From an uncultured Nitrososphaeraceae archaeon (GTDB lineage Archaea; Thermoproteota; Nitrososphaeria; Nitrososphaerales; Nitrososphaeraceae): a DNA stretch of 64,000 nucleotides. The notes under the pieces were generated by a model. The model had not been told where the DNA came from, did not search any database, and was given only the letters and a program-made list of their open reading frames with translations. The translations under genes were made by a program, and so were the position numbers. Within the stretch, counting starts at the first letter, position 1; every line of letters starts with the position of its first letter. The stretch covers positions 64,001-128,000 of the forward strand of contig CAWIMJ010000057.1 in assembly GCA_963837175.1 (NCBI GenBank), written 5' to 3'. Shown in pieces: positions 9,246 to 19,331 of the stretch.

Positions 9246-11138
9246 TTAGAGTAATTTTATTGCTTCTTGTACTAATGGCTGCTGCGTTGGAATCTTTAAC
9301 ATCTTATTGATTGAATTCGCAAGATTCTGTCCATTAGCTCTCTCTCCATGATTGACTAATACTCGTTTCAGTTTAGGTCTTAATCTACTTATATATGCTA
9401 TCAATTGATTATAATCGCTATGCATACTAAAACCCTCTATTTTTTGAATTTGGCAGTCTATATCGATACTTTGGGTTCCGATTGTAATTTGTCGATTTCC
9501 ATCTTGGATATATCTACCTGGAGTATCCAAAACTTGATACGAAGCTAGTATTAATTTATTATTCGGATCATTACATATTTGCTTGAGGTATTCCACCGAA
9601 GGACCACCTAGTAACATAGAAGAAGGAGCTAAAATTATTGCAGATTCATTCTTTTCTATAGTTGTATATTCACTAACTTCAAAATGATTAGATTGAAGAG
9701 GAGTCTCTTCCTCCTCCAGAATCCCCTTCTTTAGATCTTTTGAAAGGTATTCTGGATACGTGTCATATATTGAAGTTGCCTCTAAAATGATCTTTTCTAC
9801 CAATATTTTTGTGTCATTAATTTTACCAGCTTTCATATACATATTAATCACAAGCATAATTTCTTGAGACAATCCAACAGCAGGCACTGGAATCAAGACT
9901 TTTCCTTTTCCATTTATTGTGCTATTTATGCTATCGATAAGATGCATCTCAGCCTCCTCGCGTTGAGGGAACACATCTTCCTTGCCCCCATGTGTGCTTT
10001 CTATAATTATCGTTTCAACTCGGGGAAAGTTCCATGCTGCATTTTCTAGAGATAATATCTTTGCAAATTTCAGATCTCCCGTATAAACAAGATTGTGATC
10101 GCCGCTACCGATATGTAAGTGAATCGATGCAGAGCCTATCATATGACCGGAATTACCCAAGACAAGTCTTATATCAGGAGAGATATCGGTAACTATTCCA
10201 AACGATAAGGGAATGGTATGCATCACCGCTGCATCAATGTCTCGAACGGAAAATAATGATACGTCGTCGCTATTCTTAATATACTGTGTTTGCAACAAAT
10301 TCATTAACGGTAAGGTTGGCTCAGAGCAGTATACAGGCCCATGATATCCATATTTGAAAAGAGCCGGCAAAAAACCTGAGTGGTCAAGATGAGCATGGCT
10401 TAAAATTACCGCATCAATTTCATCCATCTCAAGTCCAGTGATATCGAATCTTGGAAAAGAGCATAGTGCATTTTTAGCAGCTATGTTAACTCCACAATCT
10501 AGTAAAATTTTACTTTCATGAGTAGTAAGTAAAATAGATGAACGACCTACCTCGGAGAACCCGCCAAGAGTAATTAAACTTGCTTCTGCTATTTCATTCA
10601 ACTTCGATCTAAAAATTTTCTCTCCAACTTCTTTGTAAAAACGAATTCTCTCATTTACTGTATTATGAAGAATTTCGTTTATATTTCTGATAATATCCAT
10701 TATTAAAGGAGCTTTTCTTATCCGTATTCTCCAACCAGTTTTTTCAACAAGATCAATATTATCATAATCCTCCCCTAACTGGAGAAGTAAAGAGGGTTTT
10801 CCAACAAAAACTGTCGCTTCACCTAATGCTGGATCGAAGAATGTTTCAAGTATTCTTACTTCTTTTGGAATAAATTCGTGTAATATTTGATTTGCTTCCT
10901 CTTCTGACTTACGTATAGATTCATCGATTCGAATCACAATTCTTTTTTTTATCGTATTGACTATATTAGAAACAAGTTGAGCATTTTGCATTAGATATCT
11001 GGGATTTTTAGAGTATAAAGCAATACGTGGCCCTTCATATTCAATTTTGGTCAGTCCTGATTCCTCAGGAAGATTTTGAAGTATTGTTGTCATAATATGT
11101 TGACTAGTATTTTCGTTGTAGGATGTCCTGCGTTGCAT
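9246..11138 (-). CDS. aCPSF1/FttA-like beta-CASP ribonuclease with N-terminal KH region (divergent)
   Basis: IEYEGPRIALY N-terminus, LGGFSEVGRS, HAHLDH, GHMIGSA, YTGDLK, SMHSD and HGE motifs. Confidence 0.9.
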   Translation of the reverse strand: MQRRTSYNENTSQHIMTTILQNLPEESGLTKIEYEGPRIALYSKNPRYLMQNAQLVSNIVNTIKKRIVIRIDESIRKSEEEANQILHEFIPKEVRILETFFDPALGEATVFVGKPSLLLQLGEDYDNIDLVEKTGWRIRIRKAPLIMDIIRNINEILHNTVNERIRFYKEVGEKIFRSKLNEIAEASLITLGGFSEVGRSSILLTTHESKILLDCGVNIAAKNALCSFPRFDITGLEMDEIDAVILSHAHLDHSGFLPALFKYGYHGPVYCSEPTLPLMNLLQTQYIKNSDDVSLFSVRDIDAAVMHTIPLSFGIVTDISPDIRLVLGNSGHMIGSASIHLHIGSGDHNLVYTGDLKFAKILSLENAAWNFPRVETIIIESTHGGKEDVFPQREEAEMHLIDSINSTINGKGKVLIPVPAVGLSQEIMLVINMYMKAGKINDTKILVEKIILEATSIYDTYPEYLSKDLKKGILEEEETPLQSNHFEVSEYTTIEKNESAIILAPSSMLLGGPSVEYLKQICNDPNNKLILASYQVLDTPGRYIQDGNRQITIGTQSIDIDCQIQKIEGFSMHSDYNQLIAYISRLRPKLKRVLVNHGERANGQNLANSINKMLKIPTQQPLVQEAIKLL

Positions 11139-11346
11139 ATTAATTTATCACTAATTATCGGTTGTTAAATCACGGCAATAGCCAGATTTTTCAAGATTCG
11201 GTCTATCATTTTAGCTAACCAATTAAAGAATGTTTCGATCATTTATAAAAATATCAACAAGAATACAACGGAGGCTGCACAAATTTCAATTGATAAAACA
11301 TTAATATTGAAATAGTAAGACGATTATACTAATTTGCTGATATAGG

Positions 11347-11883
11347 TTGGAAGAAACAGATTCAGACGTTACTACTACTACTAAGGGAGCAAGTTATGGA
11401 AGTGGCGGAGGGTATCGTGGCAGTGGATATGGAGGCGGTGGATATGGAGGCGGTGGATATGGAGGCGGTGGATATGGAGGCAGAGGACGAGGCGGAGGCT
11501 TTGGAGGTCCAAGACCATTTCGACCAGCACCAGTTAAAGTTGGTGACGAATATGATGTCAAAATTGAATCAATGAGCAAACGAGGCGATGCAGGAGTTGC
11601 AAAAGTTGAAGGGCTTGTTATTTTTGTCTCTGGTACCAAAGTCGGAGACAGCGTCAGAATAAAAATCACCAAAGTAGGTAGAGGATATGCTACTGCCGAA
11701 ATGACAGCTCAATCTTCAGGTGATAGTGGAGAATCAAGACCAGAAACTTCTTCATCTGAAGGACTAGAAACGTCTTCATCTGAAGGACTAGAAACTTCTT
11801 CATCTGAAGGACTAGAAACGTCTTCATCTGAAGGACTAGAAACGTCTTCATCTGAAGGACTAGAAACGTCTGAGAAAACATGA
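11347..11883 (+). CDS. TRAM-domain RNA-binding protein with Gly/Tyr/Arg-rich N-terminus and acidic Ser-rich repeat tail
   Basis: PVKVGDEYDVKIESMSKRGDAGVAKVEGLVIFVSGTKVGD is the archaeal single-TRAM motif. Confidence 0.9.
   Translation: MEETDSDVTTTTKGASYGSGGGYRGSGYGGGGYGGGGYGGGGYGGRGRGGGFGGPRPFRPAPVKVGDEYDVKIESMSKRGDAGVAKVEGLVIFVSGTKVGDSVRIKITKVGRGYATAEMTAQSSGDSGESRPETSSSEGLETSSSEGLETSSSEGLETSSSEGLETSSSEGLETSEKT
11423..11481 (+). repeat. 15-bp tandem repeat x4 (GTGGATATGGAGGCG) encoding GYGGG
   Basis: Directly visible tandem copies. Confidence 0.95.
11742..11871 (+). repeat. 24-bp tandem repeat x5 plus a partial copy, encoding ETSSSEGL
   Basis: AGAAAC(T/G)TCTTCATCTGAAGGACT units differing at one synonymous site. 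Confidence 0.95.
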
Positions 11884-11970
11884 GAGTCTTATAAAAATAT
11901 CGCTAAATACCTCATTTTTATTTAGGGCTAAATATTTTAATCATTTTTAATTAAAAACTACAGGATTTTT

Positions 11971-13059
11971 ATGTGCCACACTAGCAATTTTTCAAAGAGT
12001 TCATCGCCAATCCATCTAATGGAATTACCAAGAAAGATATTGATAGGTGATGGTGTAATTTCTCAGCTTGGCTCTATTATCAGAGACTTGGATGCTAATA
12101 TTTCAAAGGTTGCGATCATAACTGGCTCAATAGTAAAAACAATGATGGAAGCGATCTGCATGTCTACTTTTCTTGAATCGCATTTGGAAAATTTTTGGTT
12201 CATATCAACAGACGCATCAATGGAATGTGTTCATAGGTTACAACGAATAATCGAAGATCATTCTGCTGATCTAGTCATAGGTCTTGGCGGAGGGAGATCT
12301 GTTGACGCGGCCAAGATGACGGCATTTCATCTAAAGAAACCATTCATTAGTGTCCCTACCTCAGCTTCCCATGACGGGATATCTAGTCCTTTCGCTTCTA
12401 TAAGGGGAAATGACAAACCTCATTCTGTCAAAGTAAATACTCCTGTTGGAGTAATCGCTGACACTCTTTTGCTTGCTAAAGCACCCCACCGTTTATTGGC
12501 AAGCGGGTGCGGAGATCTTGTCGCTAAAATTACTGCTGTCAAAGATTGGGAGCTTGGACGTGAAGAAAACAACGAATACTTTGGAAGTTATGCTGCTAAT
12601 CTCGCATATATGAGCGCAAAAATAATTCTGGATGAATCATCGAAATTGCGCGAGAATAATAAATTTGGAATACGAACAATTGTTGAAGCATTAATTAGTG
12701 CAGGGGTCGCATCATGTATAGCAGGAAGTAGCAGACCGTGCTCAGGCGCAGAACATCTTTTCAGTCATGCCGTCGAGTACACAGTAGGCAATAATTGTGG
12801 ACTACATGGAGAACGCGTCGGACTGGGCACTATTATGATGGCCAAGCTTCATGGTCTTGACTGGGAAATAATTGCTGAAACTTTAGAAAACGTAGGTGCG
12901 CCAACAACAGCAAAACAAATCAAGCTAAATGCACACCAAGTAGTCAACTCTCTATTGATTGCACAATCATTAAGACCAGATAGATATACAATCCTTACTA
13001 AGGTAAAATTAGATAAACATTCTGCTATGGATTTAGCCAAATCTGTAAAGGTACTTTGA
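11971..13059 (+). CDS. egsA: sn-glycerol-1-phosphate dehydrogenase
   Basis: MELPRKILIG, GLGGGRSVDAAK, PTSASHDGISS, SSRPCSGAEHLFSHA, LHGE and RPDRYTIL motifs. Confidence 0.97.
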   Translation: MCHTSNFSKSSSPIHLMELPRKILIGDGVISQLGSIIRDLDANISKVAIITGSIVKTMMEAICMSTFLESHLENFWFISTDASMECVHRLQRIIEDHSADLVIGLGGGRSVDAAKMTAFHLKKPFISVPTSASHDGISSPFASIRGNDKPHSVKVNTPVGVIADTLLLAKAPHRLLASGCGDLVAKITAVKDWELGREENNEYFGSYAANLAYMSAKIILDESSKLRENNKFGIRTIVEALISAGVASCIAGSSRPCSGAEHLFSHAVEYTVGNNCGLHGERVGLGTIMMAKLHGLDWEIIAETLENVGAPTTAKQIKLNAHQVVNSLLIAQSLRPDRYTILTKVKLDKHSAMDLAKSVKVL

Positions 13060-13121
13060 TGCTTTTTTACAAATAATAATTTCTAATTAGATATAGAATA
13101 AAAAATTTAGTTATCTTTTAC

Positions 13122-13907
13122 TTATTTCTGACTGTTTCTCTCTTTCTCTTCAGATTTAAGGTTTGTCTGCTGCTCTACGTTTGAATTTTGATCATTTTCT
13201 CGCTGATCTTGTGGCAATGATGACGACGAGGATTTGAAGCTTTCAATAAACTTAATATCCTTCAAACTTGGTACAAATTTAAAAACATCATTAGCAGCTG
13301 CGCGTTTGATAATTTGCAATCCTTCTGTTAGGAAAGTTTCTTCAGGTAGTTCTATCTCTAAAGAGAATCCTTTAAGACTGATTTTAATTTTCTCATCCTC
13401 TAACGGTAGCCTTCTTTTTATTAACGATCTTATTTTATCATCATCACTCTCAAGTTTCTTTACTATATCTATATCGTACTTGAGAGTTCGGCCTGCAAAT
13501 CGATGGTTAAAATCGACTTGAACTCTTCCAGATCCTACATATCTGACAATTCCAGTACGATTATCAATTTCAATCACATCCCCTACTCTGACCTCATCAG
13601 CCTTCTCGCCTAGCTTTCGTTGTGCAACCATTCTAACTTTATTAGGATCTCTTTCTCCAAAGCCTTTATCAGGAGAAATTTCAACATCAAATTTGTCGCC
13701 TATATTTGCAGCTGCCAGAGTCTCATCCAATCCTCTTAAAACCCAGCCTTCACCTATAGATATAAGCCTTGGCTCATATTTGCGAGTAGGATCAAAGAGA
13801 TCAGATTTCTTTGCCTCCTCTTCACGAGTTGTTTCAAAAATTTCGTTACTATCTTTAACTTTAGCAGTATAATCTACCAGTATAAGAGAGCCTCTCTCCA
13901 AAGTCAT
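13122..13907 (-). CDS. slyD: FKBP-type peptidyl-prolyl isomerase (archaeal long SlyD type)
   Basis: VDYTAK...FETT, YEPRLISIGEGWVLRGLD, GFGERD and VDFNHRFAGRTL motifs. Confidence 0.93.
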   Translation of the reverse strand: MTLERGSLILVDYTAKVKDSNEIFETTREEEAKKSDLFDPTRKYEPRLISIGEGWVLRGLDETLAAANIGDKFDVEISPDKGFGERDPNKVRMVAQRKLGEKADEVRVGDVIEIDNRTGIVRYVGSGRVQVDFNHRFAGRTLKYDIDIVKKLESDDDKIRSLIKRRLPLEDEKIKISLKGFSLEIELPEETFLTEGLQIIKRAAANDVFKFVPSLKDIKFIESFKSSSSSLPQDQRENDQNSNVEQQTNLKSEEKERNSQK

Positions 13908-13984
13908 AAAATTCGCTATAAATTTACCTTATATTAAGATTGATAGTTCTTCAAACAATAGCAAAACGTTTTAGATGCACTCGA

Positions 13985-15130
13985 TTATTCTAACTCCTTG
14001 ACTTTTTTTAAAGCAACAGAGATGACCTCAGGATCCACCTTAAGATCTAATATATTCATGGCAGATATAATCGATGATAGCGTTCTCATTACGTGGTATC
14101 TGCTAACTTCTCCCATGCTTCCTACTCTGAATACTTTACCCTTTAAGTCTCCAAATCCACCTGCTACAAGAACCTTGAATTCATCTGATAACAATCCTCT
14201 GAACTTCTTATCATCCATACCAGGAAGATAATTGACAGCGATTACCAAGTTACTTCTGGCATCAGGCTTAGCAAACGGTGTTAATCCCATCGCACTTAAT
14301 CCTGAATAGAATGCGTCAGCACAAATCCTATGACGTTTAATTCTTTTATCTATTCCTTCTTCTAAAACTAAATTGAGAGCCTCATTGAAAGCATGGAAGA
14401 GGGGAAGAGCTGGTGTAAAAGGTGTTTCATAATTCTCTTCATAATACTTGAAATATCGCTTAAGATTAAGATATTGGGTTGGTGGGGGGTTAGATTGCAT
14501 ATGTTGTTTAGCTCTGGGACTAATAGATATGGGCGATACTCCAGGAGGTGCGGCAAGAGCTTTGTGTGAGGCTGTTACACAGATATCAACATTCCATTTG
14601 TCGACAGGCAATTCGTCTCCACCCAAAATTGAAACAGCATCGACAATGAAATAAGTTCCCTTTTTGACTGACAGCTCACCTATTTTATCCAAGTATCGAA
14701 GAGTAGTCCCAGTGGATGTTTCATTGTATACTGTGTATATTGCTTTGATATCATGATGTTCATCAAATATATCTTCTATCTTATCAAACGGAGGATTCTC
14801 TCCAAAAGGAGCAGATATTCTGATTGCCTGACCTCCCCAACTGTCTATCAAATCTGCAAGGCGGTTTCCGAATTCGCCATTTACTGGGATAACTATCTTG
14901 TCACCTTTTTTAATGAGATTAACAACTGCTGCTTCTACAGCACCCGTTCCTGAAGTAGTTAACAATATAATATCATTGTTAGTAAGAAACACTTTCTGGG
15001 TCTTTTCTATGATATCTTTGTATAAAGTGCGAAAATTATCACTCCTGTGATTAATTATAGGCGCAAGCATTGCATTCATTACTCTATTTGACACGTTTGT
15101 AGGACCAGGAAGCATAACTAAGTATTCCAT
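13985..15130 (-). CDS. Class V PLP aminotransferase (serine-pyruvate/alanine-glyoxylate family)
   Basis: MLPGPT, NETSTG, VDAVS, SHKALAAPPG, TPFTP and FRVGSMG motifs. Confidence 0.93.
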   Translation of the reverse strand: MEYLVMLPGPTNVSNRVMNAMLAPIINHRSDNFRTLYKDIIEKTQKVFLTNNDIILLTTSGTGAVEAAVVNLIKKGDKIVIPVNGEFGNRLADLIDSWGGQAIRISAPFGENPPFDKIEDIFDEHHDIKAIYTVYNETSTGTTLRYLDKIGELSVKKGTYFIVDAVSILGGDELPVDKWNVDICVTASHKALAAPPGVSPISISPRAKQHMQSNPPPTQYLNLKRYFKYYEENYETPFTPALPLFHAFNEALNLVLEEGIDKRIKRHRICADAFYSGLSAMGLTPFAKPDARSNLVIAVNYLPGMDDKKFRGLLSDEFKVLVAGGFGDLKGKVFRVGSMGEVSRYHVMRTLSSIISAMNILDLKVDPEVISVALKKVKELE

Positions 15131-15189
15131 GCTGTTTCATTAGACCAGCATACCCTCGGATATTTATAATTACGTCGACCCTAGTAAAA

Positions 15190-16305
15190 ATGATAAATCT
15201 GATTGGGAAATGCTTCCTTATGATAAAATCACATCGCTTCAAGGTGTTACAGCATGCCAGCAAATTAGGATGTAATGTCATTGCTGCCTTTCAACCTGAA
15301 AATATTTTTTACCTTACCGGCTTCTGGGGAGAAGCGATCGCGATATGTACAGAAGGCCATGCTAGTCTTCTTGCTCCTAAGTTGGAAGTAGGAAGAGCTC
15401 TTCAGGAATCAAAAGAATGTGACGTTATTCCTACAGAACGAGGTAACGGTTTGATCGATAGTCTTATTTCGAAAATCCATAAAAAAATCACATGTACGGA
15501 TTGTAACGATCAGGATATCATCAGAAGTATTCAAAATCAAATTGGAACAAGATCGTTCGTGGTCAATGTCGAACCATTCTTCCTTACTCGAATAATCAAA
15601 GATGAAGAGGAAATCAAAATGATCGAAATGGCAGCTAAAATTTTAGACAGACTCTACAATATTTGCAAAGACGAAATCAAATCTGGGTTATCAGAAAGAG
15701 AGTTGCAGGCAAAGCTGCTCTTTGAAGCGATGATCATGGGAACATATCCAACGTCTTATAAATCATCACTAAATCCCTTCATTATTGCTGGAGGACCAAA
15801 TGGGGCTTTACCTCATGCACAGGTTTCAGACCGCAAATTTATAAAAGGTGACATGATTATTGTAGATCTTACATTAAGATATAAGGGCTATATAGCTGAT
15901 GCAACCAGAACCTTTGTTTTGGGTACACCAACATCTGAAATGAAAAAAGTATATGATATAGTCAAGAGATCCCAACAGGGGGGTTTGGATACATTGCGTG
16001 ATGATGTCACATGTAGTCAAGTTGATGCTATTTGTCGAAAGATAATCTCTGAAGAAGGCTATTCAGAATGCTTTATCCACTCAACAGGGCATGGAATTGG
16101 TCTAGATGTTCACGAACCTCCATGGCTTCGAATAAAAAATGAAGAGATATTGAAAGCGAATATGGCAGTAACAATTGAACCAGGAATATATTTGCAAGGC
16201 AAATTTGGAATAAGAATAGAAGATAGTGTCATAGTTACTAAACCCTCCGATGGAAGCGCAAGGATACTAAATGCATTCACAAAAGATCTAATCGAGTTGG
16301 ACTAG
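15190..16305 (+). CDS. pepP: Xaa-Pro aminopeptidase (M24B)
   Basis: ALPH, DLT...YIADATRT, HSTGHGIGLDVHE, TIEPGIY and GIRIED metal-ligand motifs. Confidence 0.93.
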   Translation: MINLIGKCFLMIKSHRFKVLQHASKLGCNVIAAFQPENIFYLTGFWGEAIAICTEGHASLLAPKLEVGRALQESKECDVIPTERGNGLIDSLISKIHKKITCTDCNDQDIIRSIQNQIGTRSFVVNVEPFFLTRIIKDEEEIKMIEMAAKILDRLYNICKDEIKSGLSERELQAKLLFEAMIMGTYPTSYKSSLNPFIIAGGPNGALPHAQVSDRKFIKGDMIIVDLTLRYKGYIADATRTFVLGTPTSEMKKVYDIVKRSQQGGLDTLRDDVTCSQVDAICRKIISEEGYSECFIHSTGHGIGLDVHEPPWLRIKNEEILKANMAVTIEPGIYLQGKFGIRIEDSVIVTKPSDGSARILNAFTKDLIELD

Positions 16306-16397
16306 GAAATCAAACTCTAGAATAGAGTGGTTAGATCACAGGTAGGTAAAATTTCGCCTTGGAGTAAATAAAGGGAAATGTGTATATTTTATTGAGC

Positions 16398-17687
16398 CTA
16401 TTGTGACATTTTATTTTGAATAATCAAATTCTCAATAACATTAAGCAAATTTCTGGCTATGCTGAATTTATTTTGAGTAGGTAGATGTAAAATATTTTTA
16501 TGCTTATCTATCACGAATACCTCATTATCATCTGAGCCAATCTCGGAATCTTTTCTTCCAACATCGTTTGCAACGATTAAATCACCTTTACACTCCTTCA
16601 ATTTTCTATAGGCTCTTTCGATTATATTAGTGTCTGATACATCATACTCTGCTTTAAATCCGACTAAAAAAGTTTGTTTGCTTATATGCTTAACTCTGTT
16701 TATGATCTTTCGAGTTGGCGAAAGAGTCAAAAGCACTTTTCCTGTACCCGTCGTAATTTTCTTTATGGATTTTCGTTCGGGAGTAAAATCAGCGACCGCG
16801 GCCGATAAAACTGCAATATCATATCTTTTTAAAGAAAGTTCGGACATTACGATATTATACATTTCTCTACTTGTATTCACTCTAATGATATTTAGATTAG
16901 GCGAAGATTTAGGGTTATAAGTTCCATGACCATATACAAGTGTAACCTTTGCACCCAATCTAAGCGCTTCTTCAGCAATTATATTTCCCATTTTACCCGA
17001 GCTAAGGTTAGTGATTACCCTTATTGGATCTATATATTCAATAGTACCGCCCGCTGTAACCAAGATGTTTTTTTCATAAAAGAAAGATTCAGTAAACTTT
17101 GTAAATTTGTTTATTATTGATTTTAGTATTTGTTCTGGAGAGACAACCTTTGCCTTTCCCTCTGTAATTATGGGCTGCAGAAAGTCTACTCCTTGATCTT
17201 TGACCCTCTGGATATTTTCCTGGATGAGGCGATTGTCATACATTGACTCATGCATAGCAGGTGCAATAATTATGGGAATTCTAGACCCTAGTGCTACACT
17301 CAGAACAGAAGTAACAGCTGTGTCATTGATTCCATTTGCAATCTTTCCTATTGTATTGGCAGTACATGGATATACAACAATTAGATCAGACATATTGTAG
17401 TTTGCAAGAGCAATGTGTTCGAGACTTCCTGTTATCTTAGTAACAACATTATTCCCTGTAGCCCATCTCATCATATCTGGTGTGAGTAGTGTGGATGCAA
17501 CAATCTTTGACATTACCGGATAGACGTCAGCACCATGCCGTATAAGTTGACGGGCTAAATCAATCGCTCTGTAGGCGGCAACGCTACCTGTAATACACAA
17601 AACTATTTTTTTCCCTTCTATTTCGCCTCCATCTATGCCTGCAATATCTTGTGATGAGTGAAATTCTGTTTTCTTTTCTGTATCCAT
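16398..17687 (-). CDS. coaBC: Bifunctional phosphopantothenoylcysteine decarboxylase/synthetase
   Basis: GSVAAY, PCTANTIGKIANG, PAMHESMY, TAGGTIEYIDPIRVITNLSSGKMG, AAVADF and VGFKAE motifs. Confidence 0.97.
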   Translation of the reverse strand: MDTEKKTEFHSSQDIAGIDGGEIEGKKIVLCITGSVAAYRAIDLARQLIRHGADVYPVMSKIVASTLLTPDMMRWATGNNVVTKITGSLEHIALANYNMSDLIVVYPCTANTIGKIANGINDTAVTSVLSVALGSRIPIIIAPAMHESMYDNRLIQENIQRVKDQGVDFLQPIITEGKAKVVSPEQILKSIINKFTKFTESFFYEKNILVTAGGTIEYIDPIRVITNLSSGKMGNIIAEEALRLGAKVTLVYGHGTYNPKSSPNLNIIRVNTSREMYNIVMSELSLKRYDIAVLSAAVADFTPERKSIKKITTGTGKVLLTLSPTRKIINRVKHISKQTFLVGFKAEYDVSDTNIIERAYRKLKECKGDLIVANDVGRKDSEIGSDDNEVFVIDKHKNILHLPTQNKFSIARNLLNVIENLIIQNKMSQ

Positions 17688-17695
17688 TTCTTAAT

Positions 17696-18574
17696 TTATT
17701 TTTTCTCCTTTAACATCTTCCTTAATTCCTCAAGATCAGAGGGACATATATGAAAGATGTTTTCTTCTTCTGGAAACTTACTTGACTTCACCTCATTAAT
17801 ATAAACTGAGACTGCATCGAAAATTGATTTAGATAATTCTGCATATCGTTTTACAAATTTGGGTTTAATGTCTTGGTAGATTCCGAGTAGATCATGCAGG
17901 ACAAGTACTTGGCCGTCGCAGCTCGAACCAGAGCCTATGCCAATAATGGGTATAGAAATAGTTTTACATATGATCTCTGCTACCTCGCTTGTAACCATCT
18001 CTATTACAATGCTAAACACCCCTGCTTCTTCAAGTGCTCTAGCTTCTTCAATCAATTTTAATCCTGAAATTTTTGTTTTTCCTTGGAGTCTATATCCTTC
18101 CCATAAACTAGTCGTCTGTGGTTTCAAACCAATATGGCCCATTACAGGAATTCCTGTATTTACAATAGCCTTGATTGTTTCAATTATTTCAATACCGCCT
18201 TCAAGTTTTACTGCATGACATCCAACCTTGATAAATTTAACAGCATTTGTTATTGCCTCACTTATAGAAATTTGATAAGATCCAAAGGGCATGTCAGCAA
18301 TTATCATTGCTCTCTTTGCTCCTCGTGAGACAGCACTGCAAAATATCAGCATCTCTTCCATGTTTATCTGATTTGTAGCAGCATAACCAAGCATTACCAT
18401 CGCCGCGCTATCTCCAACTAACAAGATGTCAACTCCTGCCCTATCACAGATCGAAGCAGTAGAATAGTCGTAAGCAGTTAGAACAGAGATTTTTTGTAAT
18501 TTTTGCTTCATTATCGCAATATCATTTATATTAACTCTTTTAGTATTAAAATTCCTGCTATCTTTGTCTTGCAA
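17696..18574 (-). CDS. panB: 3-methyl-2-oxobutanoate hydroxymethyltransferase
   Basis: LTAYD, LVGDS, DMPFGSY, VKLEGG, GHIGLKPQ and DGQVLVLHDLLG motifs; start trimmed to the in-frame TTG at 18574. Confidence 0.97.
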   Translation of the reverse strand: MQDKDSRNFNTKRVNINDIAIMKQKLQKISVLTAYDYSTASICDRAGVDILLVGDSAAMVMLGYAATNQINMEEMLIFCSAVSRGAKRAMIIADMPFGSYQISISEAITNAVKFIKVGCHAVKLEGGIEIIETIKAIVNTGIPVMGHIGLKPQTTSLWEGYRLQGKTKISGLKLIEEARALEEAGVFSIVIEMVTSEVAEIICKTISIPIIGIGSGSSCDGQVLVLHDLLGIYQDIKPKFVKRYAELSKSIFDAVSVYINEVKSSKFPEEENIFHICPSDLEELRKMLKEKK

Positions 18575-19325
18575 TCGCGCCACACCGGATAATTTTAAGT
18601 GATTCTGAGAGATTCTTGCTGTTGTCAAATTCATCTACTATCCTTTTGAGAATCTTGTCATCTTTTAGTTTCAGCTGCTCCATTTCTACAATCATCGCGG
18701 GCAAGGCTCGAGTAGCATTGTCTATGATTGTGATTGTCGCAGCCTTTGATGTTCTTGACAGAGGATTAAGATCTATTGCGATTACTTTTTTATGCATTTT
18801 AACAAGAGCTTCTGTTCGATCTCCATCTTCTAATGGAACAAGTATGCTGTCAGCATTATAGATTCCATCCTGATCTACTGTTCTACGTTCGCTTCGTAAT
18901 TCAGGAATTCTAACTGAATATTTGCTGCGGATACCTCGAACTGTCTTTGCCCCCATTTTTTTTAGTTCTTTTTCAATTGCTAACTCTCGTTCTCTTGTCC
19001 AATAGAATAGATTGATTTCTATATCAGCATTGAGTAAGTTGCTTAATTCAACAATTTCTCTTGGACAGAGTGCGACAAGGTTACCATTAACTGAAATGAC
19101 AGGATGGATTGCAAGTAAAAGTAATGAACATGACGCCTTTATAGCGGTACGGGCAGTTTCGGTTGTATTTTCACCCAAAAGATAATCAAAAGTCTCTCCT
19201 CTACCATGAGCGATTAAACCCTCTGGTACCACAATACCATTTCTATATCCGTTTACAAGCAATTCTCTTATATAAAGAGATTCTGCTCGCGGGTGACTTG
19301 ATGGAATAATACTACTTCTAGGCAT
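18558..19325 (-). CDS. pps: Archaeal phosphopantothenate synthetase (4-phosphopantoate--beta-alanine ligase)
   Basis: IPSSHPRAESL, GLIAHGRGETFDYLLGE, VPLEDGDRTEAL and IDLNPLSRT motifs. Confidence 0.95.
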   Translation of the reverse strand: MPRSSIIPSSHPRAESLYIRELLVNGYRNGIVVPEGLIAHGRGETFDYLLGENTTETARTAIKASCSLLLLAIHPVISVNGNLVALCPREIVELSNLLNADIEINLFYWTRERELAIEKELKKMGAKTVRGIRSKYSVRIPELRSERRTVDQDGIYNADSILVPLEDGDRTEALVKMHKKVIAIDLNPLSRTSKAATITIIDNATRALPAMIVEMEQLKLKDDKILKRIVDEFDNSKNLSESLKIIRCGAIARQR

Positions 19326-19331
19326 TATTAT

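Noticed and set aside
11742-11871. 24-bp tandem repeats as a possible CRISPR array
   Set aside because: The repeats are contiguous with no spacers and lie in-frame within the TRAM CDS; there are no cas genes in the window
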